A stretch of 64,000 bases of DNA. It comes from Octopus sinensis (taxonomy: Eukaryota). Shown in pieces: positions 1 through 12,741 of this stretch (position 1 is its first letter; each line of letters begins with the position of its first letter). The DNA lies in the NCBI RefSeq assembly GCF_006345805.1, contig NC_042999.1, positions 72,726,001-72,790,000 on the forward strand, read 5' to 3'. The position numbers were made by a program, and so were the translations under genes. A model generated the notes under the pieces. The model saw only the letters and a list, made by a program, of their open reading frames with translations, searched no databases and was not told the origin of the DNA.

Positions 1-1135
1 AAATGCAAATGTTCGGGATGGAATTCAGCACTTCGTTAGTCAAACTTGTCTTACAATAAGCACTAGTTTTAGGCAGCAGATTGTTCCCTAATTAGTGTCA
101 TGGGCGCTGACGTGTTCTGCATGCTAGAAAGCCACTTCTTTTCTCTGATGACTAATTTGGGGTCAAGCATAAAGACACAGAACTTTTTGACATTTCCATA
201 GGGCGTTTTGATTGAGCTTTAATGTGTAATCTAATAGAATTATTTACTCTAAACTCATTACAGGCAAAATTTCACTCCCAAGACACAGAGCTTTAATAGA
301 CGATAGACTAATCACATGACATCATTAAAGCGACTAACAGCTTGAAAGGTTTAGAAGAAAAGTCTAATTGAAATGTTCAAAGAATTAAACTTAGGAATCA
401 ACGTTAGGGCCAGCATAAACATAGTTAATTTCTTAAACATAACTTTAAACTTAATCCCAGTAAAATCTAAAGGGATATTGTAATGCATAAATATTCCAAC
501 CATTCTTCTGCTACTTCAAAAGTCTAGCCTCGTAATATTAATAAACGGATCTCAGACATCATAGGATGAAGAATTTTTTAACCATACTGCAGAGTATTGC
601 AATGATATAATGGAACGTATTTAAAGAAAGAAAAAATTTGTAAGATCCTATGATTTAACCTACCTTTTAGCTTTAAATATCGATTCAAATATTATTTGAT
701 CTTTCTTAAACCTATGAAACAAAATCTTTCTTAAAACACTTAATTTCCTCAAAAATTTTCAATAGAAACAGTGTTATGAGTCATAGTTGTTTTTACGACT
801 CTGCACACCTCTTTAGCGATAATCAATCTGGCAATAAACAAAATTCACTACCTTGATACAACTGCCTTTCATTAATATCTACCCGCTAGTCTTTTTCAAT
901 AAAACTTTTCAGTAAAATGTAATGTACAAAACGAACATCTTTATTGGAAATAACAGCGACGCAAAAAAGGTTACAAGGGATTCACAGACAGAAAAGAAAG
1001 ATATTATAAAAAAAGATGCCTTTCTGACATTTTTCTGTCTTGCCAGAAAAATGTCAGAAAGACAGATCAGTTCCTCTCCAATTTTTTATAAATTCTTAAA
1101 TATATTTCCTTCTGTGTAGATATATACTACCAAAC
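1..1135 (+). mobile_element. Decayed Penelope-like retroelement (RT plus linker/GIY-YIG remnants), truncated by window start
   Basis: Frame-broken translations resemble PLE motifs: LFDISIGRFD near 180-210 (FDV.MG.FDG-like), FLN.TL.L near 430, HKYSNH near 490 and KIFNRNSVMSHSC near 750-790. Many stops and frameshifts. Boundaries approximate. Confidence 0.7.
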
Positions 1136-1391
1136 AAACATGATTTTTATTGAACTCCTAATACTTTTTGTTGAATACTTTCTTAAATACTTTCTTGTAA
1201 ACTGTTTTTAACATTTTCTTATTATTATCAAAGAATGTATAATTGTATTTTAATGCCTTTGTGACAACCAGGACTTAACACAACAAAGCTTATACAAAGC
1301 TTTACAGCTTACTTTTGATAAGCATTTTCTAAAAAGTGAAGCTGGTCAAGTCAATAAACACCTTTACAATTGCATTTTCAAACCTTCTCTC

Positions 1392-1427
<36 letters not shown>

Positions 1428-2092
1428 ATGTGTGTGTATGTATGTATGTATTATGTATGTATGTATGTATGTATGTATGTATGTATGTATGCATGTATGT
1501 ATGTATAAATAGCTGCACATACATGCTTTTATGTATACATTCCTATTATTGACTCAGTAGGTCTGTATAAATATTTCATACACTTAGTTTTCTTCATCTT
1601 TTCCTCCCCAACACAATACACCCTTTCTTAAACACGCCACACTTCCACAATGCCACACGCATATTCTTATCACTCCCTCCAGAAATATGTTCTAATTTAT
1701 GTAATACTATCATTCATAAACATATTTTTAAAATTTTCTATATATTTTATCTTATTTTATTCTACATATCTTAATGTACATATGCGTGAACATGCGTGTG
1801 TCTTTGTGTGTGTGAGTGTGTACATAAGTATGTATGTATGCATGCATGTATTATGCATGCATGCATGTATGTATGTATGTATGTATAGCCATCTATTTAT
1901 CATGCTTAATGTAAATACATAGCTGAAGGGTAAATTTACTGCGGTGTTCGCCCATAGATAACATCTCTTGTGGGCATGCCGTTGTTAAAATACTATTTAT
2001 CTCCGGAGGAAAATTAAAATCGTCCCTGCAACCATGATATATTTTCTATTACACTATTTTCTATTACACTGATTCTATTGCATATAATCGAT

Positions 2093-2144
2093 ACACACAC
2101 AAACACACACATATATACATATATATACATACATACATTCATAT

Positions 2145-2175
<31 letters not shown>

Positions 2176-2265
2176 CATACATACATACATACATACATAC
2201 ATACATACATACATACATACATACATACATACATACATACATACATACATACATACATACATACA

Positions 2266-2296
<31 letters not shown>

Positions 2297-2320
2297 GTGT
2301 GTGTGTGTATATATATATAG
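2093..2320. repeat. (CA)n/(TACA)n compound microsatellite
   Basis: Directly visible. It is the source of the MYVC/HTYI pseudo-ORFs. Confidence 0.95.
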
Positions 2321-3914
2321 GAGAATTTATTGTTGAAAATGCACCTGAAATTGAAAAGCTTGTAATTGTTTTTAAATAAATTTACTCACATACATACCAA
2401 ATAAGTTTGTATGTATGTATGTATGTATGTATTATATATGTATGTGTATATGTATGTATATACAATTTATTGCTATATTTAATAATTTATAAATGTGTGT
2501 ATGTGTGTGTGTGTGTCATTTATAGTTTTATTTAATATTTTAATCTATTTATCTCCTCAATTTTCTTGACCATAGCAATAGCTTATGTGATATTGGCCGT
2601 CACGCACACACATACATACATACATACATACATACATACATACATACATACATACATACACATACATATACATACTTATCAAAACGTACAAAAATGAAAG
2701 CGCTTTGAGAACTTTATCATGGACAAAAGTAAAACAGTATTTACATTTTTATCAAAGTATGCTACCAACTTCACTTGCTTTAGAAAGATGATTTAGTCCT
2801 GCTGAAATGACAGGAAAAATAAACTGAAATAAATTAAATTAATCTTTCATGATATTAGTTCTGGAAGTTCATATGTTTTTCTTACAAAAACCATATGGCG
2901 CTGGTGTTTTGTTCCCTTCTGATTGCTGTTGGATCGTAGTGGTATTTGCAACATTACCAACATTCCTGCATTTTTTTAGCATTTACTTTTCTTTTTTGTG
3001 TTTTTTTTAAACTTGTACTCGTGTGAAACCTTTTAATCATTTCAATATATATATTCCGTCAATAAATATATACGTTTTTCCCACGATGTCTCAAAATATC
3101 ACCCCCAATCCTATATGCGAAACTGGGCATCCCTTAAATTAATTTTGTACCCAACAGTGTATAGGCACTGCGAAACTGCAGCACCTCCTATTTCCACTCG
3201 ATATCATCGATAACATTGAATATAATAAGTCCTTTTTCTTTAATTCTTTCTATATACTTGTACATCACATAATCCTTAAGCTTAATGTCAGTAGCCAACC
3301 CCTAATTTACGAAAAGAATACAAAAATCATTGTATAGAATTGTACGTTTCACAGTTCCAGTAACGCGGTGTTTGGCTGTTGCGCACATGCTCACATGTCC
3401 GAGATAGGAAGCGTCACGCTAAGGAAAAAGAGCACTGTGGTTCACGCAGTGCCGACTCTGGTGTGCTGGTGAAAGTTAGTGTTTCTTTTTGACTCCGCGT
3501 GTGTTGTGCTTAAAAACGTATTTATATTCTTGAATGTGATCAAGTGTAGAATTAGATTATTATCCTGCTTCCAGCTACAGTGTTGCTTCTAGGATTTTAA
3601 AAATAGAGCTGATTCCCACCACCTTATTTTGTGATTTAGGGGGAATGTTTGAAAAGCAAGGGGGAATTCGCGGCGGTGTTCAGTGAACAAATCAAACACA
3701 CTACCCGGCAGTGGCTAAAATGCGAACCGATCAGGTTTATGTATAAATTTTCATTTTGTATGTTTGTTTCCTTTTACACAATATTAAAACAACGGCTAAA
3801 ATTTTTCTGAAGCAGCACCCCAACTAATTTTATATATGAGCCGCCACTTGGACCTAACGTTCCTTACTTTCGTCTAATTATAATCCAGACTCACTCTTCT
3901 ACCCAGTAATAATA

Positions 3915-4135
3915 ATAATCTTTTCTACACTAGGCACAAGGCCCGAAATTTTTGGAGAAGGGGCCAGTCGATTAGATAGACACCACTATGCAACTGGTAC
4001 TTAATTTATCGACCCCGAAAGGGTGAAAGGTAAAGTCGACCCCGGCGGAATTTAAACTTAGAATGTAAAGACAGACGAAATACCGCTTAACATTTCGCCG
4101 GGCGTGCTAATATTTCTGCCAGCTCGCCGACTTAC
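3915..4135 (-). mobile_element. tRNA-derived SINE, family A (the most abundant family in the window)
   Basis: Reverse complement of the head GGCGAGCTGGCAGAA...GAGTTCAAATTCCGCCG (A/B-box-like), the core CTTTCATCCTTTCGGGGTCGATAAATTAAGTACCAG and the tail TGTGCCTAGAGTAGAAAAG. Dozens of copies occur in the window. Confidence 0.85.
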
Positions 4136-4145
4136 TCTAAAATAA

Positions 4146-4359
4146 TACATACATATGAGAGGGATGGCCACTATGTGAACAACCCTTATGCTAGAAGTAG
4201 ATCCACTATGGTCTTACCACAAAGAAATGTTCTCAAGAAAATTTACAAACACCAGGACGTAATCGAGTAAGACAAATGAAAAGTAACAAAAATATATAGC
4301 GGATCTACTTCTAGCATAAGGGTTGTCCACATAGTGGTCATCCCTCTCATGTGTATGTA
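4146..4359. mobile_element. MITE with about 60-bp terminal inverted repeats
   Basis: 4146-4209 (TACATACATATGAGAGGGATGGCCACTATGTG...) is the near-perfect reverse complement of 4296-4359. The ends are TA-flanked (Tc1/mariner-like). Confidence 0.8.
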
Positions 4360-4850
4360 ATACAATTTACTGAACCTTCAGATGTTAATATGCTAGACCA
4401 CTGGTTTTAAATTGATGTTAATCAAATTAATATCCAATTTTCACCCTATAATAATAATATTTACTTACTTACGTCACAAGAATTTTAGAACTTTCAAGAA
4501 CAGGAAATAACTATTTATTTGGATAGAAAAAATTTTAAACCCAGTATTTGCCCGTTATTATTTATAGCCTTATTTGACCGAGATTCACTCCTAAAAAAAG
4601 AAATATTTGCTTAAACATTATTATTTGCAGTGTTATTACGCAACAAATAATAAAAATGCTTAAGCAAATAACGATGGACCGCCGACATTCGCCAGTACCA
4701 GTTGATCCATTGCGACTAAATAAGCTTAAAAACGTTCCTACAAAAAAAATACTCAACTGGAAACCATAGAAAACGAGGCATAACTGACAGCAAATGACGG
4801 TTATTGCAGAAAGCTATTGTAGGAAACATTAACATTCAGAGCATAAAGAA

Positions 4851-4920
4851 ATGTCCCTACCATACGAATTGGTAATCTTTACTGGTGAAAGAGCTCGATG
4901 CAATTACATGTGGAGAGTTA
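4851..4920 (+). CDS. Otop: Tentative otopetrin coding exon 1 (MSLPYELVIFTGERARCNYMWRV)
   Basis: ATG at 4851 with an in-frame TAA upstream at 4830 and a perfect GTGAGT donor at 4921. Its phase 1 end matches the phase 1 start of exon 2. No sequence homology support. Confidence 0.35.
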
Positions 4921-5454
4921 GTGAGTACGTAAAGTAACCGAGTACGATCAGACTCCCTCCACAAAGACGGCATTTGTCAAGGTAAAATAATCATGATCAG
5001 TTGCCAGTTCATTTACTCAGAATTCCTTCTAATTTTTACTAGTGATGTACGCAAAAAAAATGTGTAATATGCCTAATTTTTTTTATAAGGTTCAAAATGT
5101 GTACGGTATAGAGGCTCTAATGAAATTGGGATGAATCTCACACGGCAGTATGCTATTAAATATGGTAGTCTGTACACATTCGGAATTCAACCAAATCTAG
5201 AATTACAGATGTATATGTATATACACACACACTCACACAACCACACACACACACACACACAGCCACATACACTCACACACACAAACGCACACAAACGCAC
5301 ACACATACACACACACAAATACTCACACAATCAAACACACACACACATACACACACACAAACACTCACACTCACACACACACACATACAAACGCGCGCGC
5401 ATGCACACACACACACACACACATAAACCTATATATAGGGAGAATTCACGAAAA

Positions 5455-5600
5455 AACAAAAGACGAAGACAGGTGGTGTAGAAAGCAAACAGATGTGTTA
5501 GTATAACGCTCGGAAATTGAAAAAGTCTTTTACGTTTCGAGCCTACGCTCTTCCACAGAAAGGAACACAGAAACAATCAAGGAGAGAAACAAAGAGAGAA
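5455..5600 (-). mobile_element. PLE terminal-repeat (pLTR)-like fragment with decayed minimal hammerhead
   Basis: Minus strand reads CTTT-CTGTGGA-A-GAGC-GTAG-GCTC-GAAAC-GTA-AAAG, the same architecture as 61491-61525. Confidence 0.6.
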
Positions 5601-5664
5601 AAAATGTGTGTAGTGGCTACCGATCTATCATGACGATCTATCATGGCGAACTTATATATATATA

Positions 5665-6063
5665 CTCGCAGTATCGCCCGGCGTTGCTCGGGTTTGTAAG
5701 GGAAACAACTATATAAGCATTTTTAGAGAGTTATAGCCAAAAAATAGCAAAAAAATGCATTAAAAATGGAAAAAAAATTATGGTAAATTTTTTTTTAAAT
5801 CGTTGACTCATCGTAGACATTTTTAGAGTGTTACTTCCCTTATATAATAGCGAAAAAAATGCATTGAAATGGAAAAAAATGATGGTAAATTTTTTTTTAA
5901 ATCGTAGACTCATCGTAGACGCGCGCTAATACCCAGAAGGGCTCGATATGAATCACGACTATAAGATACCCGGTTTTGGTTAAACTGCACCGCAAAATGT
6001 GGGAATAGTTAGGAATCTAAATCGTAGGAGACAGACACACAACTTGACTTTTATATATAAAGA
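5665..6063 (-). mobile_element. Non-autonomous Helitron
   Basis: On the minus strand it has a 5' TC after A, a 3' hairpin CCCGAGCAACGCCGGG and a CGAG (variant of CTAG) end before T. About 100 bp of the 3' end is shared with 53560-53945. Confidence 0.7.
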
Positions 6064-6739
6064 TATATATGAATAACAGAAAAATGGATCAAACGGCATT
6101 CTTTATTTCAATTGCGTTGTTTAAATCATTTTCTATTATTCATTTGTATATATAAATTCTACGGATACTATGGAGTTTCTGGTGTGTATCCACTCACAAG
6201 AGCCTGTCTCACAGTATCATGACATCTGGTAGCTAATACCTACGGACGGGCTTTGCATCGCATACCACAAGGATTTTATACAAATCTTATTTAAGTGTGT
6301 ATGTGTGTGTGAATGTGTGTGAGTGCGTGTGTGTGTGCGCGTGTGTGTGAGTGTATGTGTGTGTGTATTTATGTACGGATGTATCTATGTATGAATGTAC
6401 TTGTGTGTGTGTGTGTGTGTGAGAGTATGTGTGCGCGCGCGCATATGTGTGTGTGCATGAATGAATGTGTATATGTGTACACATATATACATAAATGTAA
6501 GCTTCTGCATAGTTTCTGCTTGCTAAAATCTTTTTACAAGATATTGGTAAACTCGACGTTATTTTAGAAGACACTTGGCCAATATGCCGTGTAGTCGAAT
6601 GGCTGCGATGAAACCTTTTAACTACACAGCCATGCTTGCACCTATATACACGTAAGTATGTATGTATGCATGTATGTATGTATGTATGTATGTATGTATG
6701 TATGTATGTATGTATGTATGTATGTATGTATGTATGTAT

Positions 6740-6807
<68 letters not shown>

Positions 6808-7505
6808 TATAAACATATATGCTTTTGTATATATATCTATAGGTATATATAAATATATATACATATATGTGTGTGTGTACACATATATATATATATATTC
6901 ATACACATACATACATACTTACATAAATACATACATACATACATACATACATACATACATACATACATACATACATACATACATACATACACACACACAC
7001 ATTACCATTTTGATTCACAAATTTTCTGCTGTTTTTGTAAATGTCAATGAGGAAGTGATACCGGATGTGCAAGTGTGTTTCAAACTATTACTTTATAATC
7101 TATCGTATTTCGCAATCCGGTTACCAAATTCTGATTTAACTTTCTCAGTTGCATAAGTTGCATAAATATAATTTTTATTTTATTTTTTCATTTTGTACTA
7201 AAAATCAGGTCTCAGAATTTGAGTGGATATTAGCCTGTATCGTAACTCACCCCGCCCTGCAAAACTCATTAGCAAAATATGAAATCAAGAATTGGGTCTG
7301 AGACGCATTACCACTTTGATGGTGTTTACTACAAGTCAAAGATGGAGCTTCTGTGTAGTCGTTGAACCCGTTAAAAATAGCAGCTAAATATGCATCAAAT
7401 TATTACCTGCAGTCTTGAAATGGAGGTAACGTATTTGATACAGTCCTATATTCTCAAACCCGTAGAGAATGACTCTTTTAGTTATAGGTAGCCTCGATCT
7501 GCGCG

Positions 7506-7538
<33 letters not shown>

Positions 7539-8460
7539 GCACGCACACACACACACACACACACACACGCACGCACACACACACACACACACATGCACAC
7601 ACACACATGCACACACACATGCACACGCACACGCTCACACTCACACACACACATTCTAGAGTCGTCAGCAGTCATAGACCGTCAAACCAAAATTTAACGA
7701 CTCATTAATTTTCTTGAGAAAAATACAGCAGTGTCTTTACTTTCTTTTCTATCGCTTTATCTACAATTTACTCCCATGTTCTCCCAAACTTACTGTGAGG
7801 CACAGAACCTATTTAGCCCTTAAGCAGAGGACTGGTTAATGCAATATCAGGGCCTGCCTACATATTGCTGGGTCTGTATGCAACATGAATAGTAACCAAC
7901 CCTCCTCTGACTTGTATATCCTCAGCTACAAAACCTTCTTCTACTAGTTAAACCAAGAGTCAGGAAACTTTTTAGTGCGGAGGACAAAAATTGCCAATGA
8001 AAAAGGACTGCGGGCGGACCACAAGTTCTAACTCATATCTGTGTAAATATTTTATATATCTATGTATAATTCGATATCTATACATATAAATTTGACATGG
8101 GCGATTCTTTCTTATCTTGGGATTCACTGTCAAACGGCTGGGTGGAATTGCGCGAAAAATTACACAGATGTGTAGACTGATCCGGTAGTGTTGCTAGGCT
8201 TTGTATTTTTTCATAGCTCGCATGGTTACCGAGATAATCTACTATAATAATACTCTTGTTTTTATGAATGAGAAAGGAAGGGGTGATAGATGAAGAAGGA
8301 AGGAAGGAAGGAAGGAGTGATGTCATACTTGGTAGTGGGATGAGGAAAATTGTACGCTGAAAAAATAAATCAAACAGCGTCTCAACTCTGTGAATATATG
8401 TGTATGTAAAAGGGGGTATGTGAATGTGTGTGTGTACATGTGTGTGTGTGTTTGTGTGTG

Positions 8461-8501
<41 letters not shown>

Positions 8502-9106
8502 ATGTGCGCGCGCAATGGAAGTGGAATGGTTAATCTTTGTTCGCTTAGTATTTGGGTTTAGTTTTTGACTTGGTTGAATCTTGGTTGGTTTTTGTTTTTT
8601 TGGTTCAGTTACTTTTAGCGTTTTGATAGGAGAAAGTCATTCTAAAATTGCTTTTTCCCGTAAGTGTGCCCAAACAAGTCGAATGCTTACACAGAGCAGG
8701 TTTTACAGCCACATCATCCAAACCGACTGGGTGAAACCAGGCTTAGCTGCTAGTACATTAATAAAGATAAGTTTAACACATTAAATTAACGCGTAACATC
8801 TTCATTAACATTGTCACTGAATTTAAGACGTTTATATTACTTATGCGGTATTCTATATTTTTCGGCTAGAGTGGAGTTGGGTCTCAAGGGTTTGATACAA
8901 ACCTAGCAATATATGTTTTATAGTGAAAACAAAATGTTCATTCAAATGGCAATTACTGGGCGATTTCTGTTCGAGTCTAACCGTTTTAAGTCGTAGTGGA
9001 AACGCGACCTATGTCGCAAATAGGCTTGTGAATATTGCATAAATTTTATAATTGAAAAATTTATTATATTTTGTACATACGAGTATATCTGTCTGCAGGC
9101 ACAATT

Positions 9107-9518
9107 GACCACTAAGAAAAAATTGTTCTCAAGAAAATTCAGCAAAACGCCAGAACATAAGCGAGTAAGACAAATGAAAAGACAAATGAAAAGGACATCT
9201 GAAATATACCCCCAAATATAATTGATAGAACTATATGCATGTTCCCTATCTTGTGGACGTCCCGTGTATAGTTCTGCAAATTATATTTTCTATGACGGTC
9301 GCACTGATGATTTGCGGACATTTACGTATGTAAATATGTAAAGGGTAACAATGAAATCTGGTATCTGACTAATCATTATATTTTGTATCTTTTCATTTGA
9401 CTTGCTCGCTTACGTTCTGGTGTTTTGCTGAATTTTCTTGAGAACAATTTTTCATAGTGGTCAGACCATATGGGAGTCTACATTTAGCATATTGGATGTC
9501 CACCTAGTGGTCACTCAT
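9107..9518. mobile_element. MITE related to the 4146-4359 family
   Basis: 9107-9180 is inverted at about 9385-9462. It is followed by a degenerate copy of the outer TIR seen at 4296-4359. Confidence 0.7.
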
Positions 9519-10490
9519 ACAGTGGATGGCATGCAAATACTTATGAATCGTATTTCTGCTTCTTGCAAGGCATTTGGACTCAGCATTAGCCTGGACAATT
9601 CTGTTGTAATGTTCCAGCCTGCACCAGGAAATCCATATGTGGAATAAGCTACCTTGGTTGAAGGAACAATTCTGAAAGTGGTAGACAAGTTTGTCTATCT
9701 GGGCAGCACACTCAGCCGTTCTTGCTCCCTAGATGATGAAATATCTTTCAGGCTGCAAAGAGCAACAAATTCCTTCCGGTCTCTTCAGTCTCGTGTCTGA
9801 TCCCAGCAGGCATCACAAAGCAAACAACATTTTCTGTGTACTGTGCATGTGTACTGACATCGTTCCTTTACCCATGTGAGACATGGACCCTTTACAAACG
9901 TCATGTAAAGGTCCTTGAACGCTTTCATCAGAGATGTCTCAGACTCATTCTGAATATTGGCTGGACCTTTAAACTCCAGACACAGGTCCTGAGGACAGCT
10001 GATATCTTGGGTATTGAGGTGATGGTGCAACAGCACCGGTTACGTTGGACTGGACACCCTATTAAAATGAAGGATAGCAGGATCCCTAAGCAGATATTAT
10101 ATGGGAACTTGTGAATGGAAAGAGACCCCGGCAGAAACCAAGGCTGCGATTTAAGGACTGTGTCAAGTTTTCATTAAAGGCCAGTGATATGCAGTAAACT
10201 AACGGGGAGAGCAATACCTATCATCGCCACAGATGGAGGAAGCAGGTTAAGGAGAGGGTCGACACTTTTGGGAGAGCACGTATTCTGCATGAAGAACTTA
10301 AGCGCACTGCTGGTGTAGTGCTGGTGTAGTGAATGGGGAAAACTTGGTTTGCAATGTTTGCAGTCGTGTATGCTTGTCAAGAGCCGGGCTCATTAGCCAC
10401 CAACGGAACCGCAAATGCAAAATATACGTTAGTCATAGAGCGCACAATGTTCCTGAAGGTCAGCAATGATCTTCCCGATCACGAATTTAT
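9519..10490 (+). mobile_element. RTE-clade LINE 3' fragment (RT C-terminus plus C2H2 finger), decayed
   Basis: Motifs FGLSISL, KFVYLGS, CETWTLY, LERFHQRCLR, LRWTGH, RIPKQILYG and VCNVCSRVCLSRAGLISHQR. Multiple frameshifts and stops. Confidence 0.9.
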
Positions 10491-10941
10491 ACAATTTATA
10501 AACAAGGGCAGGAATACTTTCACACAGTTCCACTCACAAGGCATTGATTGACCCGGGACTATCGTAGTGAGACTGAATCCGAAACTACTTGGATGCAAAC
10601 GAAACATTAGCTGCATAAATAAACACTTGCATAAATGAAATGAAATAACTTCATCAGAGAATAGAGACCTAATTTTTTCAGTAGATATGACAAGGCTTTG
10701 CATCTACTCTACGAAAAAAGGTTATATAATGAAACGAAATTATTATATGATGTACAAGGTAGTTCAAAAGTCTCTCCAACAATGTTATAAAGCGGCTGAT
10801 AGCTGAGGTCAGTTCAGTTTCTCGACGTAGTGCTTGTCTCTTCCTCTCTCTATCACTCCCTCACATGTCCTACCTTACATATATCAATGTGTGTATATGT
10901 GTCTGTACGCGCACGCGTGTGTTTGTATGTATATATGTATG

Positions 10942-10984
<43 letters not shown>

Positions 10985-11334
10985 TTTATAATTCTCTCTT
11001 ACAGTATTTACATCTGCTCCATATGTCTATCGATCTGGTCTTCGATCGCCATGCTATATATCTAGATATCTTTGGTCTAGTCAGCAAAAACCTTGGAGGA
11101 TACAAACCTTGGTATCTTCAGTTTAAAAATAAAATATTTTAGTTCGAATCCTATCTAAGACTATGTACGTTTCTAGGAGTAAAACTACTGGTTAAAAATC
11201 GTAGATCAAACCGATGAAACGATGTGCGAATGTAAATTTTATTAAAAACATTTTTTCCCCTCTAAAAGAGGTTAATACGTTCGAAATATTATGATCTTTC
11301 ATTAATTAAGAATTATTTTATAATCATTTTCCAG

Positions 11335-11488
11335 TTGATGATGATGTCCAATCAACTAATGCTTTGAAAACTAACTTACGGAAAAGTGCTGCCAAGAAAC
11401 GTCAGCGCAAGCAATCACCTCCAAGCCAAACCAAACCAGACGACGAGAAGAATAAAAAGGACATAGAAGATAATAAAAAATCAGTTCG
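11335..11488 (+). CDS. Otop: Otopetrin exon 2 (charged cytoplasmic N-terminus)
   Basis: Acceptor CATTTTCCAG and donor GTATGG. Phase 1 to phase 2, and CG+T gives Arg in frame with exon 3. Confidence 0.8.
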
Positions 11489-11597
11489 GTATGGAAATAT
11501 AATTATAATAATAATAATAATAATAATTAATAATAATAATAATAATAACAATAATAATAATAATAATAATAATAATGATAATAATAACAATAATATT

Positions 11598-11673
<76 letters not shown>

Positions 11674-12684
11674 CCCTGATGCAGTACCTGGCAGTGACCT
11701 TCATGGTTTCTCATCCTAACTGATTGGAAGTTTTATCATGTACATTGTTTTGTCTTGGAGTAAAATATGGGCTATAGCAATTTTCAGTTGTTTGACCTTA
11801 ACCAGTTGAGCTTGTCCCTTAGTGGATGACGATATGTGCATCTCTGATCATGAGAAGTAGTGGAGGAGCACCATGGCTATGTGTTGAGAGGGATTCTTTG
11901 GGGTTTGAATAATTCACCGCTGGAAATATGAGTGTTTCGTTCAACATCCTTAAACAACCTTTATTCAAGGACCTTTTGAGTGGGATGGGCTACTCAACCT
12001 GAAGAAAATTCTAACTGGGCCCCACCTGCAAGGTCATGTGCTGTTTATCTTGATATGAAATCACCATGCCGCGCACATATGGTTGTGATGCATATGCCTA
12101 GTGTACCTTTATCAGACGGGTAGTCATGATGGGTATACTGGGCTTCGTATATTTTACCCCAGTGCCACTTTGATGGCATGCACTGCTCTCTCACACAATA
12201 ATAATAATAATATAAGTCATTTTTGACAAATATTGCTTGCTTCATGGTATTGCTTGATGAGGCTGGGGTCATCCCAAGTTAGTGGTCCCGGGGGTAGTGC
12301 CGACCAGGTCTACCAGTGTCCCTCATCACTGGCGGTCCTTCAAGATGACGTAGAGCTTCTTGAGATATTCCTTAATCACGTCCAGCCATCTAGTTCGGAG
12401 CCTACTATGGGGTCTTTCATGGGCCTGCCATGGTGCCTGTTACAGTGCATGTCACAGTACCTGCCGTGGGGCCTCTTCCAGCCCGCAGTTACTGCGTCAA
12501 ATGATATTAAAGATCTGGTAAGATGATCTGGTGGGAGGCCGAGGACATGTCCGTACCAGCGCATGATGAATAGCTATGAAGTGGGAAGCTGCGAGGTAGT
12601 GCGTGCATACACGCAGTTCTATGTTGACAAATTTTACAAAAAAATAAACGTTTTTTCTTAATTTGTTTCAGTTTGATTATATAG

Positions 12685-12741
<57 letters not shown>

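Noticed and set aside
1110-1135. Possible hammerhead relic (CTGT-GTAG-ATATATA-CTAC-CAAAC) at the PLE 3' end
   Set aside because: The position is suggestive, but both core segments are too mutated to call.
2883-2962. Minus-strand open stretch ending in a GTAAG donor (NVGNVANTTTIQQQSEG...)
   Set aside because: The acceptor lacks a polypyrimidine tract and there is no other support.
8078-8515. 145-aa minus-strand ORF as a terminal exon
   Set aside because: It is partly built from (CA)n and (TTCC)n repeats, has no recognisable domain, and no compatible upstream exon was found.
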